61,981 nt of DNA from Cirrosporium novae-zelandiae (taxonomy: Eukaryota): assembly GCA_026023565.1 (NCBI GenBank), contig JAPETS010000075.1, positions 1-61,981 of the forward strand, given 5' to 3'. The notes beneath the pieces were generated by a model. The model was not told the origin of the DNA, ran no database searches, and saw nothing but the letters and a program-made list of their open reading frames with translations. Both the position numbers and the translations under genes were made by a program. Shown here piece after piece: positions 24,485 through 38,128 of the stretch. Each line of letters opens with the position of its first letter. The first letter of the stretch is position 1.

Positions 24485-25437
24485 ATCCCCCCCCTTTTTT
24501 TGTTGATATTTCATTCCAATAATTTAGGATTTAAAACTCGGGATTCATAGCACAGGCGATATCATATCATATCTATCACGAGTATGTATGCATGTATGCA
24601 TGTCAATTGGGTTTTTGTAGGAGGCATCCAATCTAGGGTGAGAATTTGTGACGATGTAATTCGTCTGACTTTAGGTGCGTTCAGATTCAAGTCTCAATCA
24701 CGACCTCCCTCCTTCTTCTCCTTCCCAAACCATTCATCTTTAATCATCCCAACAAAGCAAAAAGAAAACGCTCCGAAAGGAACTCTAACAAACCAGACCA
24801 GACCAAGCCAAGGATTATTAGCTACATAATACAAACCCCTTTATACGCCCTCATATATCAACCTCGTTGCAGATTGTCTCGGATTCTTCAAGAGAAGTGG
24901 TTGACAAATATGAGACTATCTGGAAGAGAGATGGGTACAGCTGCATAGAACATTGTAGCAGTTAGTGGGATCGAGGAGAAGGGGAAAAAGAGGGGGAAAT
25001 AAGGAGAAGAGGAAGGAGAAGAGATGTAGAGAATGATTTTGTATCTCGGACACCGATGAATGGTTTCGCTTTTCATTTTCCTTTTCTCTTGTTTCGGGGA
25101 TGGGAAAAAAGATAGAATCGGTTTCGGTGTGATGGATTGAGATGAGAGGAGGTGAGAGGAGGTGAGCTGAAATGGGGGGGGGGGGATGGAATGGGCCCGT
25201 GTATAAAGAAGTCCTTAAGGTCCGTTGGTCTTCTTTTTTTCTTCACCATCATCCATCTATTCTAACTTCACATCTCAGGTTAGTCAACCCCTCAATCCGT
25301 CCATCAATCCTTTCTGCATGATCAAGCCCTAGCATTCATCACCCCACACCCACTCGTTCAACCAAAAGAAAGAAAGAGAATGAAAGAGAAATACTAACAC
25401 CATCACACTCCCAAACTTAGAAAACCACTCATCCAAG

Positions 25438-25704
25438 ATGCGTTTCTCCACCGCCCTCCTAACCGCCGCAACCCTTGCCGTCCACGCCACGGTAAGCGCA
25501 CTCCCACAGGCAACCACGGGCCTCACGGTCCACAGCCTCCACGAAGCAGGCGTACAAGGTGCGTCCGACAAGCAGGCAGCAGCCATCACGGATGCTCTGA
25601 GCAAGCTCGATATTCAGAAGCTTGTCCAGAGCAGTGGCAAGGATCCGGAGGCTGTGGCGGCTCAAATCGCGGGGGCACTCAAGGAGATGAATATTGAGTA
25701 CTAG
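25438..25704 (+). CDS. Small secreted protein, 88 aa, Cys-free, predicted helical
   Basis: Classic fungal signal peptide MRFSTALLTAATLAVHATVSA-LP; TATAAA at ~25202; GC-rich coding-like composition in an AT-rich context. Confidence 0.8.
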   Translation: MRFSTALLTAATLAVHATVSALPQATTGLTVHSLHEAGVQGASDKQAAAITDALSKLDIQKLVQSSGKDPEAVAAQIAGALKEMNIEY

Positions 25705-25750
25705 GGGCGGAGTGAGAGGGAGGGAAGAGGAGAGGGAAAGGAAAGGGTGA

Positions 25751-26365
25751 TTTATGGAGGAAATTATGGTGATCCGCAGAATACACGAATAAGCGGATCC
25801 CCTCCGGAATACACATAACAGCCTTTTCAACAAAGCTGTTTGAGAAAATTAACAAAAATGAAAAAAATGAAAAAAAAGCATAGAGACATGGTTTCTGGGC
25901 TCTGAGTTATGGGCTCTGGGTTACGGGTTCTGGGTTATGGGTTCTGGGTTATGGGTTCTGGGTTATGGATTCTGGATCACAAGTTTATGGAGGAAATTAT
26001 GGGGATTCGCAGAAATACACTCAAGCAGATCTCCCGGAAATACATACAGCTAGCTTTTCAACAAAGCAAAGCTTGCCTTGAAAAAAAAAATTATAGATTC
26101 TGGATTTATGGAGGAAAGTTATGGAGGTTAAATTATGGATTGGGATCCGCACAGAATATACACACACTCATAAGTGGATCTCCCGAAAATACATGCTTTT
26201 CAACAAAGCTGAGAAAATTAATAAAAAATATATAGAGTCATGGGTTCTGGGTTCTGGGCAATGGATTCTGGATGACGGGTTTATGGAGGAGGAAATTATG
26301 GGATTCATCATCTCCCGGGAATAAATTATAGCCTTTTCAACAAAGCTGCTGCTTGAGAGGGAATT
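25751..26365. repeat. Four degenerate tandem units (TTTATGGAGGAAATTATGG...CTTTTCAACAAAGC), two of the three gaps carrying GGGTT(C/A)T arrays
   Basis: Units start at ~25751, 25984, 26105 and 26280. Confidence 0.85.
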
Positions 26366-26613
26366 AATAATAATAAAAAAATTTATTTGGAGGGTGGGTA
26401 GTCTAAGAGGGTGACAGTGGGAGGAGGAGGGGGAGTGGTTAGGAGGAGTATGAACACCCGCCCCCCAAATAGCTAAACCAATCAATCACATTCATTCGTT
26501 GAATCAATAAATCATATTCACTTCATCTATCTTTCTTTTTTTTCTTTTAAAAAAATGCCTCCCATAACAATATCCCCCATGCATCTCATCTCATCCATCC
26601 CACCCCATCCTAC

Positions 26614-27554
26614 TCACTCATCCCCCTCCTCCTTATCTCCCCCCTCAAGCTCCTCAACCCCTCCCCCCACTAAACCCCCCACTTTAACCTTCAACCCCCT
26701 AACCACCTCTCCCACCACCCCACCACTACCCCCCTTCTCCTTCTTCTCAAGCGTATCCAACGGACCAAACAACCAAGCTTCTTTTAGAGATCGAGTTAGA
26801 ACTAGGATTTCTTGTGCTGAGCGGACCTATTTTGGGAGAGGGAGGGAGATTAGTAAGTGAACTCGGTGAGGGGGGAAAGGAAAAGGGGGAATGGGGGGGG
26901 GGGGATGTGGGGACATACCAAAGCGGCGGTTTCGACTTCTATTTGGTAGGATTCAATTGCTGTTGTTGTGCGGGTTGGGGGGGTTGAGGGGGTGCCGGTC
27001 TGGTGGGTTGTTAGAAGATTATATGGTGTAAATAAAGGTGGATATATGAATGTGAATGTGGTTTGGTAGCTTTCTTTTGTAGGTGATTGGGGAGGGGGGG
27101 GGGGATGGGGGGATGGTTATGCTTAGTACGACAGGATACAGGAATGTACATGTATAATGTAAAGAAGATATTGAAATGATGATTATTTGCCCTGTACTCC
27201 CATACTCTTTATAAGCAAATAGACACGACTCAAATGAAATCCAAATGAAATTTCAAAACAAAATAACCAACCACACATATCTCTATCTCTCTCCCTCCCC
27301 CAAAAATCAAAAAGCCCAAAAACTAAAAAACCAAAACCAAAAAGAAAAATACATACCGGAGCTAAGGCAACAATGCTTTCCATCTTCGTTAACAATTGAA
27401 ACAGGATCTTATCCAGTTGGGCTATATCATATCATGTCAGCTTTGCGGGGAGAAGGAAGGGGAGAAGGGGAAGGGAAGAGGGGAGGGGGGTGTACATACT
27501 TAGGAGAGCTCCTGAAGTTGGATTGTTGTGGATGTTGGTGGTATCTGTGGCCAT
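26614..27554 (-). CDS. MED22: Mediator subunit 22 (Srb6/SURF5 family), 4 short exons
   Basis: Spliced MATDTTNIHNNPTSGALL/TQLDKILFQLLTKMESIVALAP/TGTPSTPPTRTTTAIESYQIEVETAAL/VRSAQEILVLTRSLKEAWLFGPLDTL... All three donors are GTATGT. The motif AALVRSAQEILVLTRSLKEAWLFG is characteristic of Med22. Confidence 0.85.
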
Positions 27555-28152
27555 GGTTTTGTAGGGGGTGGTTGTGGTTTGTGGGTTGGGAATGGTTTGG
27601 GGATGGGGGTTATTTTATTTTATGTAATATGCAAAGAGAGATGTGAGGATGATGAGTTTTATAATTGAAGTTATGGTTATGGTTGGTTGGAATTGTTGTA
27701 ATCGAGCTTATATGGTTGTTGTTGGTGGTGGTTATTGGGATTATTTTTATGTAGAGGATGTGAAGATGATAGATGGAAGGTTTTTTTCCCCTTGGTTGGA
27801 GTTGTTTTGTCTCGAGTGTTATGATTGAGTTGATGGTTGTTGCTGTTGCTGCTGTTGTTGTTGGTTGTTCAGTATTAGTTTCTTGTTTTTCTTTATTTTT
27901 GCCACGGATGGTTTTTACATTGTTTTCATACATAACGTTTAGAAACAAAATTATTTAGTCTACAAGTCTTTAAAAAATATCAAAAGATATATATAATCGC
28001 AAGAGATGTTTTTTATTTGGACTAATTATTTTTTTCACCAAGACCTGGAGATTAATTCGCAAGTCTGTCATGTCAAACATGTATATGTGTGTGCTGGAGA
28101 AGCTACAATATCCCGACAGCTAAACTAACTATCAAGAGAGTCTTCTTATCAT

Positions 28153-29074
28153 CTAATAGCTCACATCATCACGTCCTGCAGCCTCACGCTTCTCCCGACC
28201 TTTCTGCTCCATTTTCTCGCTCTTGAACATGGATCCAGCTTTCTCCATCAATTTACCGGCAGTGGAGTCTACATGCTCTAAAGTTAGCCTGGCTTCTACT
28301 GTACCATAACGAAGAATATAAATGAGAAGAAAAAAATCTAGAGAAAACTAACCGTCCTTTCCACCAGCCCCATGGTTCTTATGGTGTCTTTCACTGTTAT
28401 CCCGGTCATACGTTTCAGTTTCGCCCCGGCCCATTCCATACTCGGTGGCATTGTTTCTCATCTCTGGATCTGTGTCCCGGTTTCCGAGAGAATCTCCAAT
28501 TCCATGACCACTACCCTTGTTGCCGTACTGGCGGCTACCCGAGTCACGGTCATAGGTTTCCATGTTACTGCGACCCATGCCATACTCTGTCGCATTGTTT
28601 CGGCCCATTGAATCGGGGTCACGGTTCCCTAGTCGATCACTACCAGCACTTCGTTTAGTAGTAGAGTCGTCATAGTTACGGCCAGTGCCGGCGCGATCAC
28701 CTGTCTCCATGTTGCTGTAGCCCATGCCATATTCAGTGGCTTGGTTGCGACCCATAGGATCGTTCTCACGGCTGCCAAGGTTGTCGCTGTACCCTGAGCT
28801 TGTGTTCCTGGTTGAGCCTCCATATCCGGAGTCGTTGCTAAGGCCCCCGGAGGTGTTGCGATCACGACCATAATCGGATGTGGTGTTTTGACCGTAGGAG
28901 TTGTCGTTGACGCCGCCCATTCGGTCGCTAATTCCATGTCCGTGGGAAGGGTTTGCGGGCTATTGTCTGGTTAGATGCGCCTGAGAAAAAATGGAGAGCA
29001 TATACATTGTAGTTGTTATTATCCTGTCCTCCATGCTCCCTGCGTTCATTTGAGAAGTCTTCAAGTCCAGACAT
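28153..29074 (-). CDS. Gly/Asn/Asp/Arg-rich hydrophilin (LEA/stress-protein-like) with three internal repeats (3 exons)
   Basis: ATG at 29074 (MSGLEDFSNERR), intron, repeat-bearing exon, intron, then final exon DSTAGKLMEKAGSMFKSEKMEQKGREKR; TAG at 28153-28155. Confidence 0.8.
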
Positions 29075-30414
29075 GATTGCTGTTTGAGGCGTTTATTTGA
29101 TTGATACTCGGGTCAAAGATATTATTTAGGATGGTTATCAAAAGTACGAAGAAGATGATGAGATTTCATACGGGAAACAATGACTTTATAAATACTAGGA
29201 AATAGGTTGTGTAGCTTGACTAAAGTCATACCTAACGCCTCAATTGCGTAGCTGTGCATCAAAGTGCCTAGAAAAATAAAGTTGGAAGTTGGAAAAGAAA
29301 ATATACCCAAGATTCATTAAACTTGGCTGGGTGACGAACAGAATTGTGAAAGTGAGACGATTGAACAAATTGTGAAATACCAATCCGGCTTATAGAGACA
29401 TGAAGGAGGATGATGATTGGGAGGGTTCCTGATCCAGACAATCATCAGTTTACCTAATTAGGTGTCGAGCTACTAATCCTCGTTGGACATCTTGAAATCT
29501 TGATCCAAATGGATTCCATGACAATGGCGTAGGGAATGCAGATTGACGTACTTTCAACCATCAACCGTCGTAATTAAAGCACGTTGGGAAAAGTTATGCT
29601 TTGTTGTATATATGCATCTATGTAGGTACAAACTAACTACTATTAGTAAAGAGTCAAAGGCGGGGTATGGACTAAAACTTCAATTCATCTGCGGGGTCAA
29701 ATGGCCAACCAAACTTCTTCTAACCGCTGGACTTTACCAACTGCAACACTGACCAATCTTCTCACTACTACCCTGACACGACCAAGTACTCAAGTCTTAA
29801 CTGGTTGCTATTCATAAACTGATACCTTGAATCACACCATCTACTTGTAGTATGCTCCTCTTCCCTGCTCCCAATCCCGTCGTAAAAAGAAATCCAAGCT
29901 TTGGGGGATTTTTAGAAACGTCATTCATAGGTATACGTAAAGCAACTATGCCCAGAATAGCCACATCTATTCATAGAGCAATGCCAGAACCACGAACCGG
30001 TAAAAGGCACCAGGTATTTCGGGAAGGTTGAGTAAAATCTTGATAGAGTTGGAAGACGTAAGTGCCAAGCTTTGAATCAGGTTCAAATTGTATGAACTTA
30101 TGTTTTCAGAATGTCTTGTATCCATCTACCATGGTAGAAGACGACAAATTAGAAAGTGATAGAGTTGCTAGCTTTGCAATGAGGAAAAATCTGCAGCTTC
30201 CCGTTCAGCAATATGATCTGCAATGGTACCGAGTCCAACTAGATTTTGCCTGAGTCAGGTATCCCCATCTTGAGTTTGAGAGTCGTATACAAATCGAAGC
30301 ACTCCAAGAGAATCCAAATCCGGGCTTGTATTATGTTAACCTATAATAATGTTCATGTATTTGGTGAGGGTATCAAATTGATCTAGGAGTAGACCAAGTC
30401 TGAATGCGTAGCGA

Positions 30415-31215
30415 CTAACGCACGTATTTGTTCAAGAAGCGCTTGTGAAATTCCGATCTTTGTAGGTCATTCACAAATTCCTTCTTCTTGTTTGATTCCG
30501 TGCCTCGAGCTTGATTCTTGAAAATAACATCATCATCCCATCTCCGTTTCACCGTAAAATCCCTGGGGTTGAGAAGAGGATTTCCCATAGCAATATCTTG
30601 TTCACGTTTCTCGGCCTCTGCTTCTGCTTTCTCGCGTTCTTCCTTTTCCCTCTGTTCGGCTCTCTCCCTCTTAATCTTCTCCAGCTCGCGCATTAATTCG
30701 GCCGTTTCATCTTCGTCGTCATCTTCATCGCTATCTTCTTCACTGCTGTCGCTATCGTCGCCATCGGAATCTGCATCTATATCTCTCGTCTCCTCGAGTA
30801 TTCTTCGTCGCTTTGCCTCTGGATCTTCATCCCCATCTTCGTTTTCTGCTGGTCGTTTCGGAGCTTCTATGGCTTTTGGAGCTTCCTCACCATTGCTTAT
30901 AGGCGGTCCACCATGAACTTTGGCATAATGAGCAGCTTCGGCCTCTAATAACTCTGCGCGAAGATCTCGACGACTAGTCTCAGATTGATTCCCTTGACCA
31001 GGTTGTCTAGTGATATCATATTAACAACAATCTCATGTAGGCAGTATTTCAGGCCATACCTGGTTTTCAAATGTGTGTATGCTGGTAGCATTCGCTGATG
31101 GTACGCTGGTCCTCGCTGAGCTTCTCTGCCCCGAGCCTAAGAAAAGTTAGTAGGAGTCATGGAATAACTGAAAAAAACTCACGGGGTCAAAGGTTGGCCT
31201 GTGAGCTGTGGTCAT
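30415..31215 (-). CDS. CWC15: Pre-mRNA splicing factor Cwc15
   Basis: [12 protein letters not shown]-terminus and [38 protein letters not shown]-terminus; two 5' introns. Confidence 0.95.
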
Positions 31216-31980
31216 CTTGGATGTTTATTTGATAGTTTATTAAGAAATGTGAGGGAGTTTTAAAGGGAGTGTTCAATGTAGAGGTAGTCGCGCGTATTGG
31301 ATATTTGGGGAGCTTGAGCTTCAAAGTCGGAGAAGTATCTCCTAGACTTGGCATAAAAGGACCGCCTTAGTAGTTAGGGATGTTATGTAAGGATCATGAT
31401 AGGTCAGATAACTATTTTCAGGCAGAATCAGGTATCAACTTCTTTGCTGAATCATACTTGGTACTGAGCCTCAAGACCTTATCATTGGGCCAATTGACCC
31501 CCAGTTTGACCCCCCTGTTAAGGCGGTCCTTTTGTGCCCAGTCACGGGACTCACAAATTCTTTTTTCTTTTTTTTTACTATTAGGCTTTAAAGAGGCCCT
31601 CAAATTATTTTGTTTGAAAACCCGAGGATGAATCGCATGTTTAAATGTGTATTCATATTCAAATACAACTCACCCTCGGCCACCGAAAAATTATTATAAC
31701 TGCTGTGTTGTTGTCTTTCCTGATAATTGTAGAGCTTTTTTGCGGAATATATAGCTGGTACCTCTTTCTCTACAAATCTACATCCTTTTTCCAACACAAA
31801 TAGTGAAGGTCCGAGTTTGGGACCAGGAGATGGCACTCCCATGCCAAGACTTTTACCAAGTTTGTTCTGTTTGATAAAACAAAAACCCCGAGCTTACATT
31901 AGTATGCCGCAACACAACTCTTGAATAAAGATGCTTAATGAAATAGCTTTTATCTAGTCGTTTAATCCTATATTTCAAAA

Positions 31981-32968
31981 ATGCCTAGAGAAGCCGAACC
32001 TTCTGCTAATGAACGGTCGTTTGTGCTTGCTGCTCTCCGCGAAAACGTTCGAATCGATGGTCGCCAATTCGACGCATTTCGCGACTTAGAGCTCAATTTT
32101 GGTGACAATGGAGTCGCTGATGTGAAGTTAGGAAAGACAAGGTGATTACTATTTTGTTATGACTATGATTAAATCTAAAGCTGAAGAATGCTACAGAGTC
32201 ATTGCGCGCATTTCAGCAGAAGTAACCCAACCGCTGTCAGATCGCAAATTCGATGGCATATTTACAATCACTACTGAACTAAGTCCTATCGCATTCCCCG
32301 CTTTCGAGACAGGAAGGTACGCTACCTTTACCAACCACCAGCTATATCCCTAGCGTCTGACACTGAAGAGTAGACAGACAGACCAAGAAGTGATACTTTC
32401 CCGCATACTTGAAAAAGCCATCCGTCGATCCAATGCACTCAATACCGAGTCTCTTTGTATTATAGCAGGTCAAAAATGCTGGAATGTTCGCGCCGATGTC
32501 CATGTCATTGATTACGATGGTGGACTGGTGGATGCAAGCTGCGTTGCGGTGATTGCTGCTCTAGAACATTTTAGACGTCCAGATGTTAGTGTGGATGGAG
32601 AGGAGGTGACCATACATCCGCCAGCGGAGAGAGTACCGGTTCCTCTAAGCATGATGCATCATCCTTTCTGTGTTACCTTTAGCTTCTTCGACGATGGAAA
32701 TATCATGGTGATGGATGGAACACTGCAAGAGGAGCAAATGAGAGAAGGCGAAATCATCATTACAATGAACAAATTCGGAGAGGTCTGCCAATTGATAAAG
32801 CTTGGTGGTATTCCAGTGGATGCTTTGGCTATACTAAACTGCACCAGGATTGGATTAGTCAAGGTTCAGGAACTTACCAAGTTGGTGATGAAGCGGCTTG
32901 ATGAGGATAGGAAAAGCAAAGATGTGGATGGCCTTATTGCAGAACTGACAGCTGAAAATGACAGGTGA
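31981..32968 (+). CDS. RRP45: Exosome complex subunit Rrp45 (RNase PH-like), 3 exons
   Basis: MPREAEPSANER..RIDGRQF, LGKT/RV, ESLCIIAGQKCWNVRADVHVIDYDGGLVDA, HFRRPDV. Confidence 0.93.
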
Positions 32969-33662
32969 TGAAATATATCCACTCGCAAATTTGCAAAGAC
33001 CCTTCTGAGCTGTTGGTGAAGCTATTTCTGATATTGCAGCATGCTGACTTTAGGAGCCAACTGTGCATACCCGAAGAAAGGCTCTCCATGTGAGCCGTGC
33101 GGGAAGATAGATCAGTGGCTGTAGAGGAGCTAGCAATGATTCGCTGGTCTAATCTGAATGGATTAAAGCGAAAAAATGAAATGGCGATCAAGCAGGGGGC
33201 AAATATAGATTAAGGAAAGACCACGATAAAGCTGTATGAAAAGTATATGCAGGGCTGGATTGAATGAAGAATACCACGAGACAGGAAAGCCTAAAGGGTT
33301 TGGGGGGGTTCTGAAAGTGTAATTTAATACTAATGGAGTAAAAATGCCAGGTACCGATTATCATTGGTGCGTACCCCCTCGTATATTCCTCGTATTTAAT
33401 ATGGACTCGTGGGGCTTAGAGATAGTAAATGCGCCTCGTGAAATAATATACGGTGATTCGGTTGACACACAAAATGATCAGACAAATAACCACCCAGGTA
33501 ATTAGACAAAGAAAAGAAGAAGAAGAAGCAACAAAAAAAAGAAAGGAGAAGATTGAATAGTTAAAAGAATTACTGCCTATTGCTGTGTGTGTACAATATT
33601 AGGAGGTGGTCGGAGATTTGAGGCTTGGCCTGTGCTTGGCTCTTTGATGTTCCTTGGTCCTG

Positions 33663-33766
33663 ACTGGTATTACTACTGTGGTAGCATTACATTCATTACA
33701 CGATTACTGGCATTACTGGCATTAACTTAACTGGTATTACTGGCATTAACTTAACTGGCATTACTC
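33663..33766. repeat. Degenerate ACTGG(C/T)ATT tandem repeats upstream of DRS2
   Basis: Directly visible, including two copies of TTACTGGCATTAACTTAACTGG. Confidence 0.75.
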
Positions 33767-34274
33767 GCAAGGTTCAACACAGCCCGGTTTGGCCCTCATA
33801 CACCAATACACACCCCCCCCCTCCCCATCCTCACATCCTCACATCCTCATACAAATCCTCGGTCCCTTCCTCTAAGCTTCGAACCTCCGAGAAGCCGCGC
33901 TCCGCCCCCCGTCATCTTTTGGCAAACCATACTCCTCCAATACTCCTCCCCCAAGTTAACGACACCATACATCCTATCTCGAAACGAACCCCCCCAAATC
34001 CCCATCCATTTGCGACTAACCAGGTCATTGATACACTCCTTCAACAACTTTCCAAAATAAACACCCCCATCCCTTTGCGCCGCCTGGCTCGCGGTCGTCT
34101 GTCCTGCTTACTCCAAATGTTAACGAAGTAACGACGATGCCTCTGTTTACCTCTCTTCATTATTCTTCATCCACTTATTGCTGAAACCTACGCATCGCCG
34201 TATTTCTTGGCACCTTATTAAGATAAGAGTACCTGCCACATCCTAGAGATCTCGCGAGGTCTCTTCCCACCACC

Positions 34275-37200
34275 ATGTCGTCACGAAACATCCATTCCTC
34301 CTACTCCCATGGCGGTTCCGATTATGAGAGATATTCTGATTATTCAGTGGATGAAGGTAGCGATGCCTATTACAATAATGGAGGAGATGTTAATTATGAA
34401 GCCCCAGAAGGACGGGCAATGGCCCGAAGTCGAAACAGTATTCTCAGCCTGGGTGGAGGCCTGTTGGGGAGGGCTAAGCATATGCTTAGAGGGGCCCCAG
34501 AATACACGGAAATGGATTTGCCGCTCACAGAGGCAGGAGCGAGAAGAACCGCAGCTGCCGACGGTTCACCCCAAGCTGGACGAAGTAAGAAATTCGACTT
34601 CAAGTTTGGCTTCTTATCAGAAAAACCAGATCCATCAACCTTGGGCCCCAGAGAAATATATCTCAACAACCCACCCGCAAACGCCACCAATAGATACGTA
34701 AACAATCACATCTCTACCACCAAATACAATCTCGCGACATTCTTTCCGAAATTCTTTTACGAACAATTCAGCAAATCCAACAACCTTTTCTTCCTGTTCA
34801 CAGCAATTTTGCAGCAAATACCCAATGTGACTCCCACCAATAGGTGGACGACCATCGTCCCTCTCATAGTCGTGTTATTTGTCTCGGCTTTTAAAGAGTT
34901 GGTTGAAGATAATAAACGGAGAAAACAAGATAGGGAATCCAATGGCGCAAAAACTCAGGTGCTTAGAGGGTCCAGTTTTGAAGACACCACTTGGGTAAAT
35001 ATTGTTGTGGGCGACATTGTTCGAGTACAATCAGAAGAGCCTATACCAGCCGATCTTGCATTGCTGGCAAGCTCTGAGCCTGAAGGCTTGTGCTATATCG
35101 AGACAGCAAATCTCGACGGAGAAACTAATCTCAAACTCAAACAGGCAATTCCCGAGACTTCAGAATTGGTCGATCCTCATGCGCTTAGTAGATTATCTGG
35201 AAGGATACGATCAGAGCAACCGAACAGCAGCCTTTATACTTATGAGGCGACATTGGCGATGCAGACCGGGGGAACAGAACGGACTCTACCTCTTGCACCA
35301 GATCAACTCCTTCTCCGAGGCGCTACTCTCCGCAACACACCCTGGGTTCACGGCGTGGTCGTCTTCACCGGACATGAGACAAAATTAATGAAGAATTCCA
35401 CAACAACTCCTATAAAGCGGACTGCCGTTGAGCGCTTAATGAATTGGCAGATTGTCATGCTCGTTGCAATCCTAATCGGAATCATCACAGTAGTCTCGAT
35501 CGGAGACCTCGTCATCCGCAAACAGTATAGCGATGAGCTTGGATACATGATCTTTGGCACCACAAACTTTCTCAAGCAGTTCTTTACTTCCATGGGGACG
35601 AACTGGATTCTGTTTTCAAATCTGGTTCCCATCTCCCTCTTCGTTACGATCGAAGTTGTCAAGTTCCAGCAAGGAGAACTGATTAGCGGCGACCTTGATA
35701 TGTATTATGAACCAACGGATACAGCCGCAAATTGCCGGACGTCATCTCTTGTGGAAGAACTTGGTCAAATAGCGTACATATTTTCTGACAAAACAGGAAC
35801 ACTGACTCGGAATATTATGGAATTCAAACAATGTTCCATCGCCGGTATCCCCTATTCCGAAGAAGTTCCAGAGGATCGTCGCCCAACTGAAGAGAATGGT
35901 GTTCTGGTCGATGGAGTCTATGATTTCAAAAGACTTCGACAAAATGTCAAAGATCATCCGTCTCGTCTTATAATGCACCATTTCTTGGCCCTCCTTGCGA
36001 CATGTCATACTGTTATCCCGGAAATCCGTGACGAAAAGCCTGGTGTTATCAAGTATCAAGCCGCTTCGCCCGATGAAGGTGCTCTCGTTGAAGGAGCTGT
36101 TGTATTAGGATACAAATTTATTGCCAGAAAGCCAAGATCCGTTATGATTGAGGTAGCTGGGCAGCAATATGAGTATGAGTTGTTAGCGGTTTGCGAGTTC
36201 AATTCAACACGAAAGCGAATGTCTACGATCTTCCGATGTCCGGACGGTGTGGTCAGATGCTATACTAAAGGAGCAGATACTGTGATAATGGAACGGCTGG
36301 GGCCGGACAATCCTATTATGGAGGCGACCCTTAAACATCTTGAGGATTATGCATCGGAAGGATTAAGAACACTCTGCCTAGCGATGCGTGAAATTCCAGA
36401 GGAGGAATTTCAAAGTTGGTGGAAGAAATTCGATGAAGCTGCCACTACTGTTGGCGGAAATCGTGCAGATGAACTGGACAAAGCCGCTGAGCTCATTGAG
36501 CATGATTTTACATTACTTGGTGCAACAGCCATTGAAGATAAACTGCAGGAGGGGGTACCCGATACAATCCACACGCTCCAGACTGCGGGTATAAAAGTAT
36601 GGGTCTTGACGGGAGATCGACAGGAAACAGCTATAAACATTGGCATGAGTTGCCGACTCCTTAGCGAAGAGTCAACCCTCTTGCTCATCAACGAGGAGGA
36701 TGCGAATGCCACAAGAGACAATATGTTGAAAAAGATACACGAAATCCAGACTGTCGATGATCCAGAGACACTGGCCTTGGTGATTGATGGGAAATCACTC
36801 ACGTTTGCTTTGGAAAAGAGTATGGAACAGATTTTCTTTGATCTAGCTGTCAAATGTAAATCCGTGATCTGCTGGTAAGTACAACTTCTCCCATGAACTT
36901 GAAAATAATACTTACCATGAGGTAGTCGAGTCTCTCCGTTACAGAAAGCTCTCGTCGTCAAGTTGGTGAAACGCCACACGAAATCTTTATTGCTTGCCAT
37001 AGGTGATGGAGCCAATGACGTATCCATGATTCAAGCAGCTCATGTGGGCGTTGGAATCTCGGGGATGGAAGGACTTCAAGCAGCACGTAGTGCTGATGTT
37101 GCTATTGGACAATTCCGGTTTCTCCGGAAACTGTTACTGGTACATGGCTCTTGGAGTTATAATCGTATCAGTATGCTTATTTTATATTCTTTCTATAAGA

Positions 37201-38128
37201 ATATTGTCTTGATTATGACACAGTTCTGGGTATGTTATTAATCTCAGCTACTAGCATAAGGATACTTCTAACAACAGGACAGTATGCATTACAGAATGGC
37301 TATTCCGGAGAACCTATCTTTGAGTCGTGGATTTTATCTTTCTTTAACGTCTTTTTCACCGTTGCTCCACCTTTCGTTATGGGCATATTCGACCAATTTG
37401 TCTCCGCTAGGCTTCTGGATCGTTATCCTCAACTATATACTTCGGGTATAAAGGGAGTCTTCTTCAGAATGCATTCGTTTTGGTTATGGATTTTCAACGG
37501 TCTAATTCAATCGGCCCTTCTCTATTACGCTTCCATAGCCATTTTCTGGTTTGACGTACCTCTAACAAAGGGTCAGCCTGGTGGTCACTGGGTCTGGGGA
37601 ACCGCACTATACTTTGCTATTCTCACAACTGTACTAGGTAAGGCAGCACTAATAACCAACATTTGGACCAAATATGCTGTCCTCGCGATACCTGGCTCTT
37701 GGCTCTTCTTCCTCGGCTTCCTCCCCGCTTATGCCATCCTCGGCCCTAAACTTATCGGCTGGTCGCCAGAGCTTATCGGTATCACCACACCTCTCTACAC
37801 CTCCCCACAATTCTGGCTCATGGGCATTGTCCTCCCCGCCTTCTGCCTTCTCCGTGACCTCGTTTGGAAATATGCCAAGCGCATGTATCTCCCACAGCCG
37901 TATCACCACGTGCAGGAAATTCAGAAATATAACGTTCAGGATTATCGGCCGCGGATGGAGCAATTCCAGAAGGCTGTGAGGAAAGTCAGGCAGGTGCAAA
38001 GGATGCGGAAGCAAAGGGGTTATGCGTTTAGTCAAGCGGACGAGAGTCAAAGTAGGGTACTGGCGGCTTATGATACTACGAAGCATAGGGGACGGTACGG
38101 GGAGATGACAAGTTCTAGGCCACAGTAA
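34275..38128 (+). CDS. DRS2: P4-ATPase aminophospholipid flippase (3 exons)
   Basis: [38 protein letters not shown] and the Drs2-type tail [10 protein letters not shown]. Introns 36875-36925 and 37230-37282. Confidence 0.96.

Noticed and set aside
25751..26365. CRISPR-like array
   Set aside because: Eukaryotic context, degenerate long units, no cas genes.
28153..29074. RiPP/KEP-type repeated peptide precursor
   Set aside because: No signal peptide, no regular KR cleavage sites, no DUF3328 or tailoring genes nearby.
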